This document shows positions 15,560 to 23,973 of a stretch of DNA of 32,000 nucleotides, in pieces. Positions within the stretch are counted from its first letter, which is position 1; every line of letters begins with the position of its first letter. The position numbers and the translations under genes are program-made. The notes beneath the pieces are model-generated. The model saw nothing but the letters and a program-made list of their open reading frames with translations, had not been told where the DNA came from and did no database searches. The DNA is from Xylanibacter ruminicola 23 (lineage in GTDB: Bacteria > Bacteroidota > Bacteroidia > Bacteroidales > Bacteroidaceae), in NCBI RefSeq assembly GCF_000025925.1, contig NC_014033.1, forward strand, positions 1,080,001 to 1,112,000, given 5' to 3'.

Positions 15560-16618
15560 CTACCAACTGGGAGGCAATATGATATTCTTGACATCGTGAG
15601 CTTTTTTGAAGAGAGGTGAGATTTCTTCATCGGTGAAGCCGGCGATGCCGCAACCGATGCGGGTGACGAGGAACGTCAAGTTCTGGTGCTGCTTGGCGAA
15701 CTCGATGAAATCGTCGACGTAAGGACGGATGCTATCTACCCCACCTTGCATAGTGGGGATGGCATAGCTCTGACCCTGCAGACCGACACCTTGACCCATG
15801 ATGGCACCGAAGTGGCGATATGCAACATATGCTGCACCTCCGCCATGCATACCGCGAAGGTTTGAGCCGAAGACGAAAATCTCGTTTGGCTGGAGCGAAG
15901 TAATATGCTCCGGAGTAGTACGCTTTTCTTCCATAGTTCTTCTTTTCATGAAATCCATAGGTGCGGCACAAGGTGCTGCCTCTTCCAGTATAGGTTCGCC
16001 AACTATGCCGAACTCCGGCATAATTTCAGGCATGTCAAAGTCCATATCAAAGTATTGACGGAAATACGGTACGATGATGTCTTCCTTGATTTTCTTGTAT
16101 TTCTGTGATATGGCTGCAGGAGTCATTCCCATCTGGGCGGCAACATCCTTAGATTTGAAGCCCTGCAGGAGAATCATATCTATGATAAGTCGCTCCTGAC
16201 GGCTCATAGGAACATGGTCGCAGACATCTTCAACCATATGATTAAACTGCAGACGGAGATTACTCGAGACATCGAATGACTGGAGATAGTCCTCAAAGGT
16301 GATGCTGCCGTATTCCTTGCGGTACCATTTCAGAGCATCGAGGACTATGAAACGAAAGCCGTTGATAAGCCAGGTCTTTAGGGAAACGTTTGGGGAATGG
16401 TCCTCCAGTGGCTTCCAATCATGTTCCATCAGGAATATAGCATACTGATGGGCAAGTGAGAGGAAGTCCAGATTCTCTTTCTCATGAAGCTGATAACGCT
16501 GGTCGAAAATGTAATAGCCGACCTCACAATATCCGTAAAAATAGGTACGGATAATGTCGGCGTCGCCCTGGCGGAAGCCCCTTAGAATCTCCTTGTCTGA
16601 TAGTCGCCTATATGTCAT
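15560..16618 (-). CDS. Sigma-70/ECF-like factor fused to a C-terminal macro-like (A1S_2505-type) domain
   Basis: Region-2-like SLKTWLINGFRFIVLDALKWYRKEY. Region-4 HTH MSRQERLIIDMILLQGFKSKDVAAQMGMTPAAISQKYKKIK. C-terminal VFGSNLRGMHGGGAA...GLQGQSYAIPT...TRIGCGIAGF recalls the macro-domain glycine motifs and the family I remember as A1S_2505 phage non-structural protein. Confidence 0.6.
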   Translation of the reverse strand: MTYRRLSDKEILRGFRQGDADIIRTYFYGYCEVGYYIFDQRYQLHEKENLDFLSLAHQYAIFLMEHDWKPLEDHSPNVSLKTWLINGFRFIVLDALKWYRKEYGSITFEDYLQSFDVSSNLRLQFNHMVEDVCDHVPMSRQERLIIDMILLQGFKSKDVAAQMGMTPAAISQKYKKIKEDIIVPYFRQYFDMDFDMPEIMPEFGIVGEPILEEAAPCAAPMDFMKRRTMEEKRTTPEHITSLQPNEIFVFGSNLRGMHGGGAAYVAYRHFGAIMGQGVGLQGQSYAIPTMQGGVDSIRPYVDDFIEFAKQHQNLTFLVTRIGCGIAGFTDEEISPLFKKAHDVKNIILPPSW

Positions 16619-16743
16619 ATTATTGTTTTATGGGGCGAATATACGAAAAAAAATCGTGATACTACTTAATTTTTTTTCTAAAATCTTCTTTAAAGTGATA
16701 AAGACATGTCGAAAATAGTATTCACCCTTTAAAATTTACAACT

Positions 16744-17382
16744 ATGACAGATTTAATTCCAACAAGAGTTCACAACTTGATTATTGTAGACGAAAGCGGT
16801 TCAATGGAGTGTATCCGCAAACAGGCCTTCACAGGTATGAATGAAACCCTGCAGACTGTTCGCATGATGCAGAAGAAGTACCCCAACCAGATTCAGTACG
16901 TAACGCTGATTACCTTTGACAGCGACCACACTAAACTGCACTTTGACAATACGCTTGCTGACAAAACAACGGATCTGAAGTGGAAAGCTTACCATCCTTG
17001 TGCTGCCACACCTCTTTATGATGCTATCGGAAAGGGAATCTCAAAGGTTAATGCCCAAGTGGAAGATGGCGATCATGTCCTTGTGACCATCATAACAGAC
17101 GGTTACGAGAACTGTTCAGAGGAATGGACGCTGAAGATGGTACGTACCCTTATCGAGAAGCTGAAGAAACAGAACTGGACCTTCACGCTGATTGGTACCG
17201 ACAATCTTGATGTGGAGGAGATGGCCCAGTCGTTTGCCATCGAAGAACACATGGAGTTTACTCAGGATGAGAAAGGTACCAAGGAGATGTTCGCCCGTGA
17301 GCGCCGTAGCCGCGAACGCTACAACTGCTGCGTGGCTGAAGGGGCACCAATGAATAAAGGTGATTTCTTCAAAGAAAACTAA
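16744..17382 (+). CDS. von Willebrand factor type A (vWA) domain protein
   Basis: MIDAS motif LIIVDESGSM plus downstream TPLYDAIG and IITDGYEN. 212 aa. The only plus-strand gene in this block. Confidence 0.8.
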   Translation: MTDLIPTRVHNLIIVDESGSMECIRKQAFTGMNETLQTVRMMQKKYPNQIQYVTLITFDSDHTKLHFDNTLADKTTDLKWKAYHPCAATPLYDAIGKGISKVNAQVEDGDHVLVTIITDGYENCSEEWTLKMVRTLIEKLKKQNWTFTLIGTDNLDVEEMAQSFAIEEHMEFTQDEKGTKEMFARERRSRERYNCCVAEGAPMNKGDFFKEN

Positions 17383-17551
17383 TGAAGAAGAAGCGGCTAC
17401 TTTATGGTGGTCGCTTCTATCTTAATATCCGTATTTTTCCATTTCTTTCTTTGTAATTCTTTCAAGAATGTCAGATGTGCTTCCTTCAGTACTTACTCCT
17501 GCACGCTTAGCTTGTTTCACAACATCGGCATGAGTGATTCGCTCCAGTATC

Positions 17552-17989
17552 TTATTTCTCCAAAGCAACCAAAACCTCCTCTATTGAACAACAAATGTTA
17601 TCAAAGAGTTTATACATCAGTTCTGGCTCCTGGCGTTCAGGAATATACACAAGAGTCTGGCATCCCGTTCCTGCTAACCAACCAGCTTCAGTATGTGCAC
17701 TACGTCCACAAGGCAACACTATTACACAGGCATCACATTTTCCCATAGCCTCAAGGTCATTTGCAAATTGCCGTTCTGCTTTAGGATGATTTAGATTCTC
17801 GCGATACTCTTGAGGACTCCAATTCATATAATCCTCGCTAACGCAACTCCACTTAAACCCAGGATCACCCGACGGAGGATTTCGAAAATCATAAACTTCA
17901 TGCCCTGCTTTCCTTAACCGCTCTACAACCTCTGAGTAATATTTGTTACGCCAGCTACTAGCAACATATATATTCCGTGCTCTTTTCAT
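17552..17989 (-). CDS. Nucleoside 2-deoxyribosyltransferase-like (Rcl/NDT fold) protein
   Basis: N-terminal IYVASSW, then CDACVIVLPCGRSAHTEAGWLAGTG, matching the NDT-family pattern (conserved E after a buried strand). Confidence 0.55.
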   Translation of the reverse strand: MKRARNIYVASSWRNKYYSEVVERLRKAGHEVYDFRNPPSGDPGFKWSCVSEDYMNWSPQEYRENLNHPKAERQFANDLEAMGKCDACVIVLPCGRSAHTEAGWLAGTGCQTLVYIPERQEPELMYKLFDNICCSIEEVLVALEK

Positions 17990-18211
17990 TCAATATTCAT
18001 CCTCATTAAATAAAAAATCTTCTTTTGTTGGATAATCTGGCCAAATATCTTCTATACTATCGTATATTTCACCTTCATCTTCTATTTCCTGAAGGTTTTC
18101 TAATACTTCTAGTGGCGCTCCAGAGCGGATGGCATAATCTATAAGTTCATCCTTGGTTGCAGGCCAAGGCGCATCTTCAAGTTTTGAAGCTAATTCAAGT
18201 GTCCAATACAT
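17990..18211 (-). CDS. Very acidic DUF2795-like small protein
   Basis: 73 aa. PWPATKDELIDYAIRSGAPLEVLENLQEI resembles the DUF2795 pattern. The C-terminal half is dominated by D/E. -7 box TATTTTTG (rc of 18262-18269). Confidence 0.55.
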   Translation of the reverse strand: MYWTLELASKLEDAPWPATKDELIDYAIRSGAPLEVLENLQEIEDEGEIYDSIEDIWPDYPTKEDFLFNEDEY

Positions 18212-18484
18212 AATAAATATACTTTAGTTCTTTATATTATTCTAATTCGTGCGCAAAAATAATCATTTATTTTTTATAAACCAACATTTAAAACAACTAT
18301 TTTATTTTTTTCTGATTCAAAATAATAATAAAATGATAGATATATATTAAAAATAGATTAACTATAAAAATTTGCGTGATTAGATATACAATTGTATCTT
18401 TGCACCGGATAAATCAAAAACATAACCGTATAAGTATTGTATTTATGGATATGTTTGTTAAACTAGTTTATAAACTAGAAGAAA

Positions 18485-18516
18485 AGAGAGACCAGCAGTG
18501 ACATGCTCGTCTCTCT
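18485..18516 (-). terminator. Terminator of the R-M operon
   Basis: 8-bp stem AGAGAGAC/GTCTCTCT. On the minus strand it is followed by TTTTCTTC. Sits 6 nt after the endonuclease stop. Confidence 0.7.
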
Positions 18517-18521
18517 ATCTT

Positions 18522-19469
18522 TTATGCCCACATACAATTAATTGTTATTATGGATGTTGGCATTCCTATTATTTGAATATCAAACTTCAAACTAGGTTCT
18601 ATTAATGTCGAAGCATTATGTATTCTAAAACTAAATTGCCAGCCATTATCCATGTATAATTCTGCAGTATTATTACTTTTAGGCTTTAATCCAAAAGAAA
18701 TAATTCTTGTTGGCAGTAACGATATTGGTATTTTTCTACTTGGCACCTTTGTCTTAGAAGCATGATTTAATGTACCTCGAAGATTAAATGCCATAAGTTG
18801 AGTCATTTTTGATGAATCTATACCAATAAGTTTATAAAAATCATATTTACCTAGTAAGTATTCAACCATACGAGAAGGAACCGTTTTATCTTTTTCATAA
18901 TCCTTGTTAATTTCTTTAATAAAAGCCTTTAACAAAGGAACATATACGGTTGATTCTTTATTAGGGAGAGCACTCCAAGCAATTTTACCCCTGTTTTTTA
19001 TCAGAGGGGCAAAAATTGGGGCAATTTCATCCCAATATGTTTTTGAGCATGGCATACCTAACCAACTATTGCCAAAGTCCAACACATTAGACAATCTACT
19101 ATGTTTAACAGCCAGATGGTTATGCTTTACACTTATACCTATTACCCATTTTACACTATCTCGAATAATTAGAATATCTCTAACATCACCAATAATTCCT
19201 TCTTTGTCAGATTGTAATCTTATTGTGAGTATATCCCCAGAATTATCTTCTATCATAGGTTCAAGCTCACGTAAAGTTGGAATAGCAGCCAATGCTTCCT
19301 TTTTCATAATCGTCTTAGTATTCTCGTCAAGACAATTCCAATTATTCATATCCTGTATAAGGTTGTTGTTGTTTGCTACAACAACAGACCTTATTTTAGA
19401 TATTTCTTCTTCGAGACATTTAACACATATGTATTCAAATGCTCTTCCGAGTTCGTCACTTTTTGGCAT
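18522..19469 (-). CDS. Type II restriction endonuclease, HaeIII-family-like (GGCC predicted)
   Basis: 315 aa. N-terminal GRAFEYICVKCLEE, which I recall as characteristic of the HaeIII REase family. 3-nt gap from the M.HaeIII-like gene. Confidence 0.6.
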   Translation of the reverse strand: MPKSDELGRAFEYICVKCLEEEISKIRSVVVANNNNLIQDMNNWNCLDENTKTIMKKEALAAIPTLRELEPMIEDNSGDILTIRLQSDKEGIIGDVRDILIIRDSVKWVIGISVKHNHLAVKHSRLSNVLDFGNSWLGMPCSKTYWDEIAPIFAPLIKNRGKIAWSALPNKESTVYVPLLKAFIKEINKDYEKDKTVPSRMVEYLLGKYDFYKLIGIDSSKMTQLMAFNLRGTLNHASKTKVPSRKIPISLLPTRIISFGLKPKSNNTAELYMDNGWQFSFRIHNASTLIEPSLKFDIQIIGMPTSIITINCMWA

Positions 19470-19472
19470 AAG

Positions 19473-20465
19473 CTAGAATTCTATAGCATCTTTAATCGCT
19501 AGGGCAATTTCATATGCAAGATTAACTGGAACAGCATTTCCAATCATCTTGTATGCATTGTCTACCTTGTCATAAATAAATTTAAAAGAGTCGGGGAAAC
19601 CTTGTACTCGTGCAACCTCTCGAACAGTCATTCTTCTATACAAATGCTCTTTCCCTTCAACAAATCTACAATCATTTGTGTCAAATTTAATCATCTTTGG
19701 AGCTTGTGGATGTAATTGGCATTGTCTTCCAGATGCCTGAACAGTAAAACCTTGTTCATCCCAAGCCTTAACTCTATTTCTACTCATATAAATTGTAGAA
19801 TAAGCGCCAATAAAATACTCATTGTTATTAATAGCCTCTGGATTATGATGGTTCTTTTCAAGTGCAGGTACTGCACTATCTTTTAAATCCCAAATAATAT
19901 CACGTAGTGTAATTTTTTTCTTATCATCACGTGTACTACCTTCTGGAAATTTAAAATCTATATTTAAATCATTTCTAAAACCAATATAAAATACTCTTTT
20001 TCTTTCTTGAGCTACTCCATAATCTTTTGCATTAACTAAAGTAAGAGAAACATTGTAGCCACTTTCCTTGAACATATTTAATATATTCTGAACGGCACCA
20101 GAATGTCTATCCGCAAGCATACCGCTTACGTTTTCTGCTAAAAAGAATTTAGGTTTTACTTCCTGTAATATTCTTATATAGTCAAAGAAAAGCTGACCTC
20201 TAGCATCTTCAATACCACGTAAAGAACCAGCTTCACTCCAAGATTGACATGGAGGTCCACCTATTATACCATCAACATCTTTAGGGAAGTCACTTTCCTT
20301 GATATTTCTAATATCACCCCTGATTAGCTTTGTTTTGGGGTGATTTGCTTCAAAAGTTTCCCAAATAGAGGGATCAAACTCGTTTGCAACAGGTACTTCA
20401 AATCCAGCTCTTTCAAAGCCAAGATCTAGACCTCCACAACCGCTAAATAAACTTATTACTTTCAT
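19473..20465 (-). CDS. DNA (cytosine-5)-methyltransferase, M.HaeIII-like (GGCC predicted)
   Basis: All C5-MTase motifs: [11 protein letters not shown] (I), [12 protein letters not shown] (IV), ENV (VI), [10 protein letters not shown] (VIII), [13 protein letters not shown] (X). The target-recognition region [19 protein letters not shown] and [14 protein letters not shown] closely tracks the M.HaeIII sequence as I remember it. Confidence 0.9.
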   Translation of the reverse strand: MKVISLFSGCGGLDLGFERAGFEVPVANEFDPSIWETFEANHPKTKLIRGDIRNIKESDFPKDVDGIIGGPPCQSWSEAGSLRGIEDARGQLFFDYIRILQEVKPKFFLAENVSGMLADRHSGAVQNILNMFKESGYNVSLTLVNAKDYGVAQERKRVFYIGFRNDLNIDFKFPEGSTRDDKKKITLRDIIWDLKDSAVPALEKNHHNPEAINNNEYFIGAYSTIYMSRNRVKAWDEQGFTVQASGRQCQLHPQAPKMIKFDTNDCRFVEGKEHLYRRMTVREVARVQGFPDSFKFIYDKVDNAYKMIGNAVPVNLAYEIALAIKDAIEF

Positions 20466-20474
20466 TTTTAAATT

Positions 20475-21335
20475 TTATATTTTATATTTTACTAGTTTTA
20501 CTTCTATTAAATCAGCTGTATTATTGGGGTTTTGAACAAAAGTATCTTCTATTGTAAGATTATCAATCCTTTGAGAAAGCTCTGACAATTCATCTATGTT
20601 CTCAAAAGAATTATACTTATCACTTGGTATAATAGCCATTAACTCAAAATTACTTTCATCATATCTGTATATATCGGCAAAACTACCTACTTTAAATGGA
20701 TGAGATATACCCCACATTCCCCTAGCTCTAAAAAAAGTTATTCTCAACGGGTCAACAGCATTTATATGCGCAAGTTCTTTGGTTTCTTCTAAATCTAATT
20801 CAGATGATTCTTCAATGCTTTGTTTCACACTATTAAAAACATTTTCATAACATTCTTTACTTGCACAATATACTGAACCATATACCAGGGCTAATGACTT
20901 TAAATTATTTTTCTTTTTTTCAACACAGCCAATGGCATATATTATATCTTTTACATCCCAATCTCCATTTTCTATTTCACGACAAGCCTTTGATATTTTA
21001 CTATCATTTTTAAACAAATGAGATTTGGGATAGCTACTATTTAAATTAATGTTTCCGATTGACTCAACTTTTTTCACTTCAATTGCAGCTCCTCTTTTAA
21101 GAACTGCATCTGGGGGATTATTCTTTCCACCGCCATATGACAAAGCCTCTGCACGCTTCCTTGTTTTGTCAACACCACTTAAACCAAGAGAATTGGAAAA
21201 AGCATCTTTAATATACTCCTCTAAAGGCTCTCCTAACGAATGTAAACGATTATTAGAATTAGGGGAATTTCCAATAACTCTTCTATTATCTTTAATTATA
21301 TTAATAATTGCAGTAATAATATTGTAATTGCTCAT
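20475..21335 (-). CDS. Second restriction-endonuclease candidate (PD-(D/E)XK; possibly NgoPII-family)
   Basis: 286 aa. PPDAVLKRGAAIEVKK fits a PD...(E)xK catalytic core. Size and N-terminal NIITAIINI...EPLEEYIKDAF resemble what I recall of the NgoPII family. 9-nt gap to the methyltransferase gene. Confidence 0.45.
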   Translation of the reverse strand: MSNYNIITAIINIIKDNRRVIGNSPNSNNRLHSLGEPLEEYIKDAFSNSLGLSGVDKTRKRAEALSYGGGKNNPPDAVLKRGAAIEVKKVESIGNINLNSSYPKSHLFKNDSKISKACREIENGDWDVKDIIYAIGCVEKKKNNLKSLALVYGSVYCASKECYENVFNSVKQSIEESSELDLEETKELAHINAVDPLRITFFRARGMWGISHPFKVGSFADIYRYDESNFELMAIIPSDKYNSFENIDELSELSQRIDNLTIEDTFVQNPNNTADLIEVKLVKYKI

Positions 21336-21344
21336 AAAATGACA

Positions 21345-21785
21345 CTAATTAAATGGTATAAAATATGGTGTTATATCTAAATATTTTTGGTGTACTTGTG
21401 AACAATTTACAAATCTATAACCATTCTCTTTTTTATAAATATCAAATCTATATCGTTTTTCTCCTATCCTTAGTCCCTGTTTCCAATAGCAACCTTTTTT
21501 ATAATTTTGTATTTGATCCATAGGTACGACTACTATACCACAAAGACCTATTGTAAAAATCATATATTTTACTCCTAAATCAAAATATCTATCTGCATAT
21601 ACATAATACCATGACAAAGCACCTTTATCATATAATCTTGAATTAGAAATGCTAATTAAATTTCCGTTTGCAGCACGATATACACCTCTTGAATGCCTTT
21701 CGGCATCCAACTTAAAATCATTAGGCAAGATTTTGTTTATATCATCAAAATCTAAAAAGGTTTTACCAGTATCACTTCTTTTCAT
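21345..21785 (-). CDS. Hypothetical protein, first gene of the R-M operon (146 aa)
   Basis: 9-nt gap to the next gene and the same AT-rich composition. It has no HTH, so it is not a C-protein, and no Vsr motifs. Confidence 0.55.
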   Translation of the reverse strand: MKRSDTGKTFLDFDDINKILPNDFKLDAERHSRGVYRAANGNLISISNSRLYDKGALSWYYVYADRYFDLGVKYMIFTIGLCGIVVVPMDQIQNYKKGCYWKQGLRIGEKRYRFDIYKKENGYRFVNCSQVHQKYLDITPYFIPFN

Positions 21786-21840
21786 TATATTATAAACTCA
21801 ATTTGTTTTGAAAAAGAAAAATTTTCGTTCATCTTTAAAG

Positions 21841-21918
21841 AAGGGCGTGGAATGGTGTAGTGATACCAAGGTTTAGGACGACCTACATCAGGCAACAACC
21901 ATTTAAGTCCACGCCCTT
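21841..21918. other. 78-nt structured element closed by an 11-bp stem
   Basis: AAGGGCGTGGA (21841-21851) pairs with TCCACGCCCTT (21908-21918). Inner ATGGT/ACCAT and GTAG/CTAC helices. A GC-rich patch inside AT-rich DNA. Confidence 0.4.
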
Positions 21919-22060
21919 ATAGAGAGCGCGAACATCCGTTGCCTCGTCTGACTGATGTGTTTGCAGAGGTCCTAATTCTGGTATCTCAGTCTTCTCAAGG
22001 ATGTTCTATTGACTCAGTTTCTCTTTTGCTATTTCATTTTACTTTTCACTTTTATTAATA

Positions 22061-22285
22061 TTAATTACTTGACTGCCATTTTTGGATGGCATCGTCCATT
22101 GTTTGGAAGTCAGCATCTGCAAGCAGTGCTATCTCCCCATTTTTGTACTCAATTCGAACAATGTCTTCGGTATCGTTGAACACGCGCTTAACTTTGTCTG
22201 TGTTTACGTTGATACATCCGTTGTTCTCATCGACTAACTTAATCAGCATATATAATGCTGCATTTCTCTTGGTTCTTGCATCCAT
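22061..22285 (-). CDS. Hypothetical protein (74 aa)
   Basis: Start set to MDARTKR (22285). -7 box TAATTTTG (rc of 22301-22308) overlaps the upstream ATG. Confidence 0.5.
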   Translation of the reverse strand: MDARTKRNAALYMLIKLVDENNGCINVNTDKVKRVFNDTEDIVRIEYKNGEIALLADADFQTMDDAIQKWQSSN

Positions 22286-22661
22286 AACGTTTAATCTCTG
22301 CAAAATTAATGGTTTTATTTGGAATATGCAAGCATTTAGTTTTTTTTAAATGAATATAGGTGTAAATTCAAAAATGCTATCTTTAGACGGTTGTGAGAAT
22401 GAAACTTTATACTTAACTTTGCAGCCGAAAACCTGACTCATTCGGAACAAGGGATTCTGCACGAACTTCGTCGGCCAAATGTGCGCACAGAACTGGCTGT
22501 CCTTACGAAAAGCTAATTCCTCCGTCTGTTTAATTGGCAAGTGCTGCGAGCTGCACGATTCTTGGCAATAATGACTGTTGTAAATCCGCGAGGTCTTCAG
22601 TGAGTGCCCCTGTACGATCACTCTCGCCGCCTTGCCAAAGGTATATTTAATAATTATAATT

Positions 22662-22853
22662 ATGGATATAGCTTTATCAATTACCAAACTCAGAACAAGT
22701 AGGCTTTATACCAGGAAAGGTTTTGCCTATAAAACAGGTATTGAGCTTAGGCATCTTATTGCAGTAGAGGAAAGACGGGTAGCTGCCACTCAAAATGACA
22801 TTGAAGCAATCTGTAGAGCAATGAAGTTGAAATATGATGATTGGATTAGGTAA
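22662..22853 (+). CDS. Small XRE-like HTH protein (63 aa)
   Basis: MDIALSITKLRTSRLYTRKGFAYKTGIELRHLIAVEERRVAATQNDIEAI has an HTH_XRE-like layout. Preceded by a leader of about 230 nt from a TAACTTTG box at 22414-22421. Confidence 0.55.
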   Translation: MDIALSITKLRTSRLYTRKGFAYKTGIELRHLIAVEERRVAATQNDIEAICRAMKLKYDDWIR

Positions 22854-23115
22854 TAAGGAACGTTATTGTATATATACTCGACTCGTTGATGATCCCAATG
22901 TACGACTGTATTACAAAGGACTGGATAAGTCGGAAAATGCATCGAGTGTACTAAGTGTAGTAGTTGGATTTTCAAAAGAAGACTCCATTGTGATGAACAA
23001 AGATACTGCAAAAGAAATATGTAGCCAACTTAATGAAAACTTAGACACTCTTCTTGCGCATGGATTCGATAAATTCAAAATTTCCCAGCTGACAGTAGTG
23101 AAAGCTGGGAAATAG
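22834..23115 (+). CDS. Hypothetical protein (93 aa) overlapping the 3' end of the HTH gene
   Basis: ORF overlaps the upstream HTH gene by 20 nt (two-gene cassette). No motif recognised. Confidence 0.45.
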   Translation: MMIGLGNKERYCIYTRLVDDPNVRLYYKGLDKSENASSVLSVVVGFSKEDSIVMNKDTAKEICSQLNENLDTLLAHGFDKFKISQLTVVKAGK

Positions 23116-23132
23116 TATGATTGTCGTAAAGA

Positions 23133-23963
23133 TTATTCTTTAGACGAACCTTCTTTCTGGAATTCTTCAATTATAAAGTCGAATACAGAATATAATTCAG
23201 AAACGGATCTTTCTAATTCTTCATTATAGATCTCTGGTGCTAAAGTACGAAGTTTTGCAAAATTGAGTTTCATATCATAAAACTTAGCTTTAACCTCATT
23301 TTTTTTCTCAGACAAATCAAACTTTTCCCTGATGCCCCAATCCTTCTTCATTTGCTTTATATCATAATTTCGAATAGATTCACCATTGTCGAAATGTTCG
23401 ATTTGGTCATTAAAAAGCATTTCCTTACTAACATAAGTGCGAATCAAATGAACAGTTCGGAATCTATATGATTCACCAAACCCTAGCCCTTCTTCCAATG
23501 CTACCACAATACCTTCGTTGCCATTCTCTAAAGAGTGGAACTTAACTGTCATTGGACCGACTCTATTCATCAATTTGTGAATTACTGCCTCACTGCATTC
23601 TTCAATGCCCATACGCTCTTTATAGCGACTAAAAAAATGAGGTTTGTAGACTATTGTTTGTACATTGTCCCGGTCGTCTTGACTAAGTTCATAGACAAAT
23701 TTTCCATTAGATGATTCGTGAATGCAGTATATACTTGTAAGCGGTTGATTAATATTTTTCTTTGACAGAGCCAACATTGTTATAAACCAGCGATTCTTTC
23801 TAACTGTTCGCTGTTCATATCTCATTGTGACAGGAAATTGTTTTGCCTTAAGAACTTTTCTACGGAACTCTATTTTTTTATAATCTCTTTTGGCAAGGAT
23901 ATTTTCTAGATCGGCCTTTGATTCGTGGTCGATTTCTTCAGGAGTCATATTTGCTGTGTACAT
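23133..23963 (-). CDS. Hypothetical protein (276 aa)
   Basis: Long ORF in the AT-rich block, 10 nt downstream of the lipoprotein gene. Confidence 0.6.
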   Translation of the reverse strand: MYTANMTPEEIDHESKADLENILAKRDYKKIEFRRKVLKAKQFPVTMRYEQRTVRKNRWFITMLALSKKNINQPLTSIYCIHESSNGKFVYELSQDDRDNVQTIVYKPHFFSRYKERMGIEECSEAVIHKLMNRVGPMTVKFHSLENGNEGIVVALEEGLGFGESYRFRTVHLIRTYVSKEMLFNDQIEHFDNGESIRNYDIKQMKKDWGIREKFDLSEKKNEVKAKFYDMKLNFAKLRTLAPEIYNEELERSVSELYSVFDFIIEEFQKEGSSKE

Positions 23964-23973
23964 ATACTTATTT

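Noticed and set aside
17422-17565. HeH/SAP-like peptide (ILERITHADVVKQAKRAGVSTEGSTSDILERITKKEMEKYGY) in the +1 frame, running from the last codons of the NDT-like gene to a stop downstream
   Set aside because: There is no start codon in frame, and I could identify no slippery site for programmed frameshifting. It is most likely a remnant of a former C-terminal domain or a neighbouring gene. It is worth a look only if read data show a frameshift error.
18904-19476. 190-aa plus-strand ORF
   Set aside because: Antisense shadow of the HaeIII-like endonuclease gene in AT-rich DNA. Ser/Ile/Leu-rich nonsense composition.
21345-21785. Vsr-type very-short-patch repair endonuclease or C-protein accompanying the C5-methyltransferase
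   Set aside because: The size fits, but the sequence lacks the Vsr motifs as I recall them (an N-terminal TPE-type segment and a conserved FVDGCFWH-type block). It has no HTH, so neither assignment is supportable.
22346-22687. 113-aa minus-strand ORF
   Set aside because: It spans both face-to-face promoters and the start of the HTH gene. Its start lies upstream of the minus-strand -7 box that would have to transcribe it. No recognisable features.
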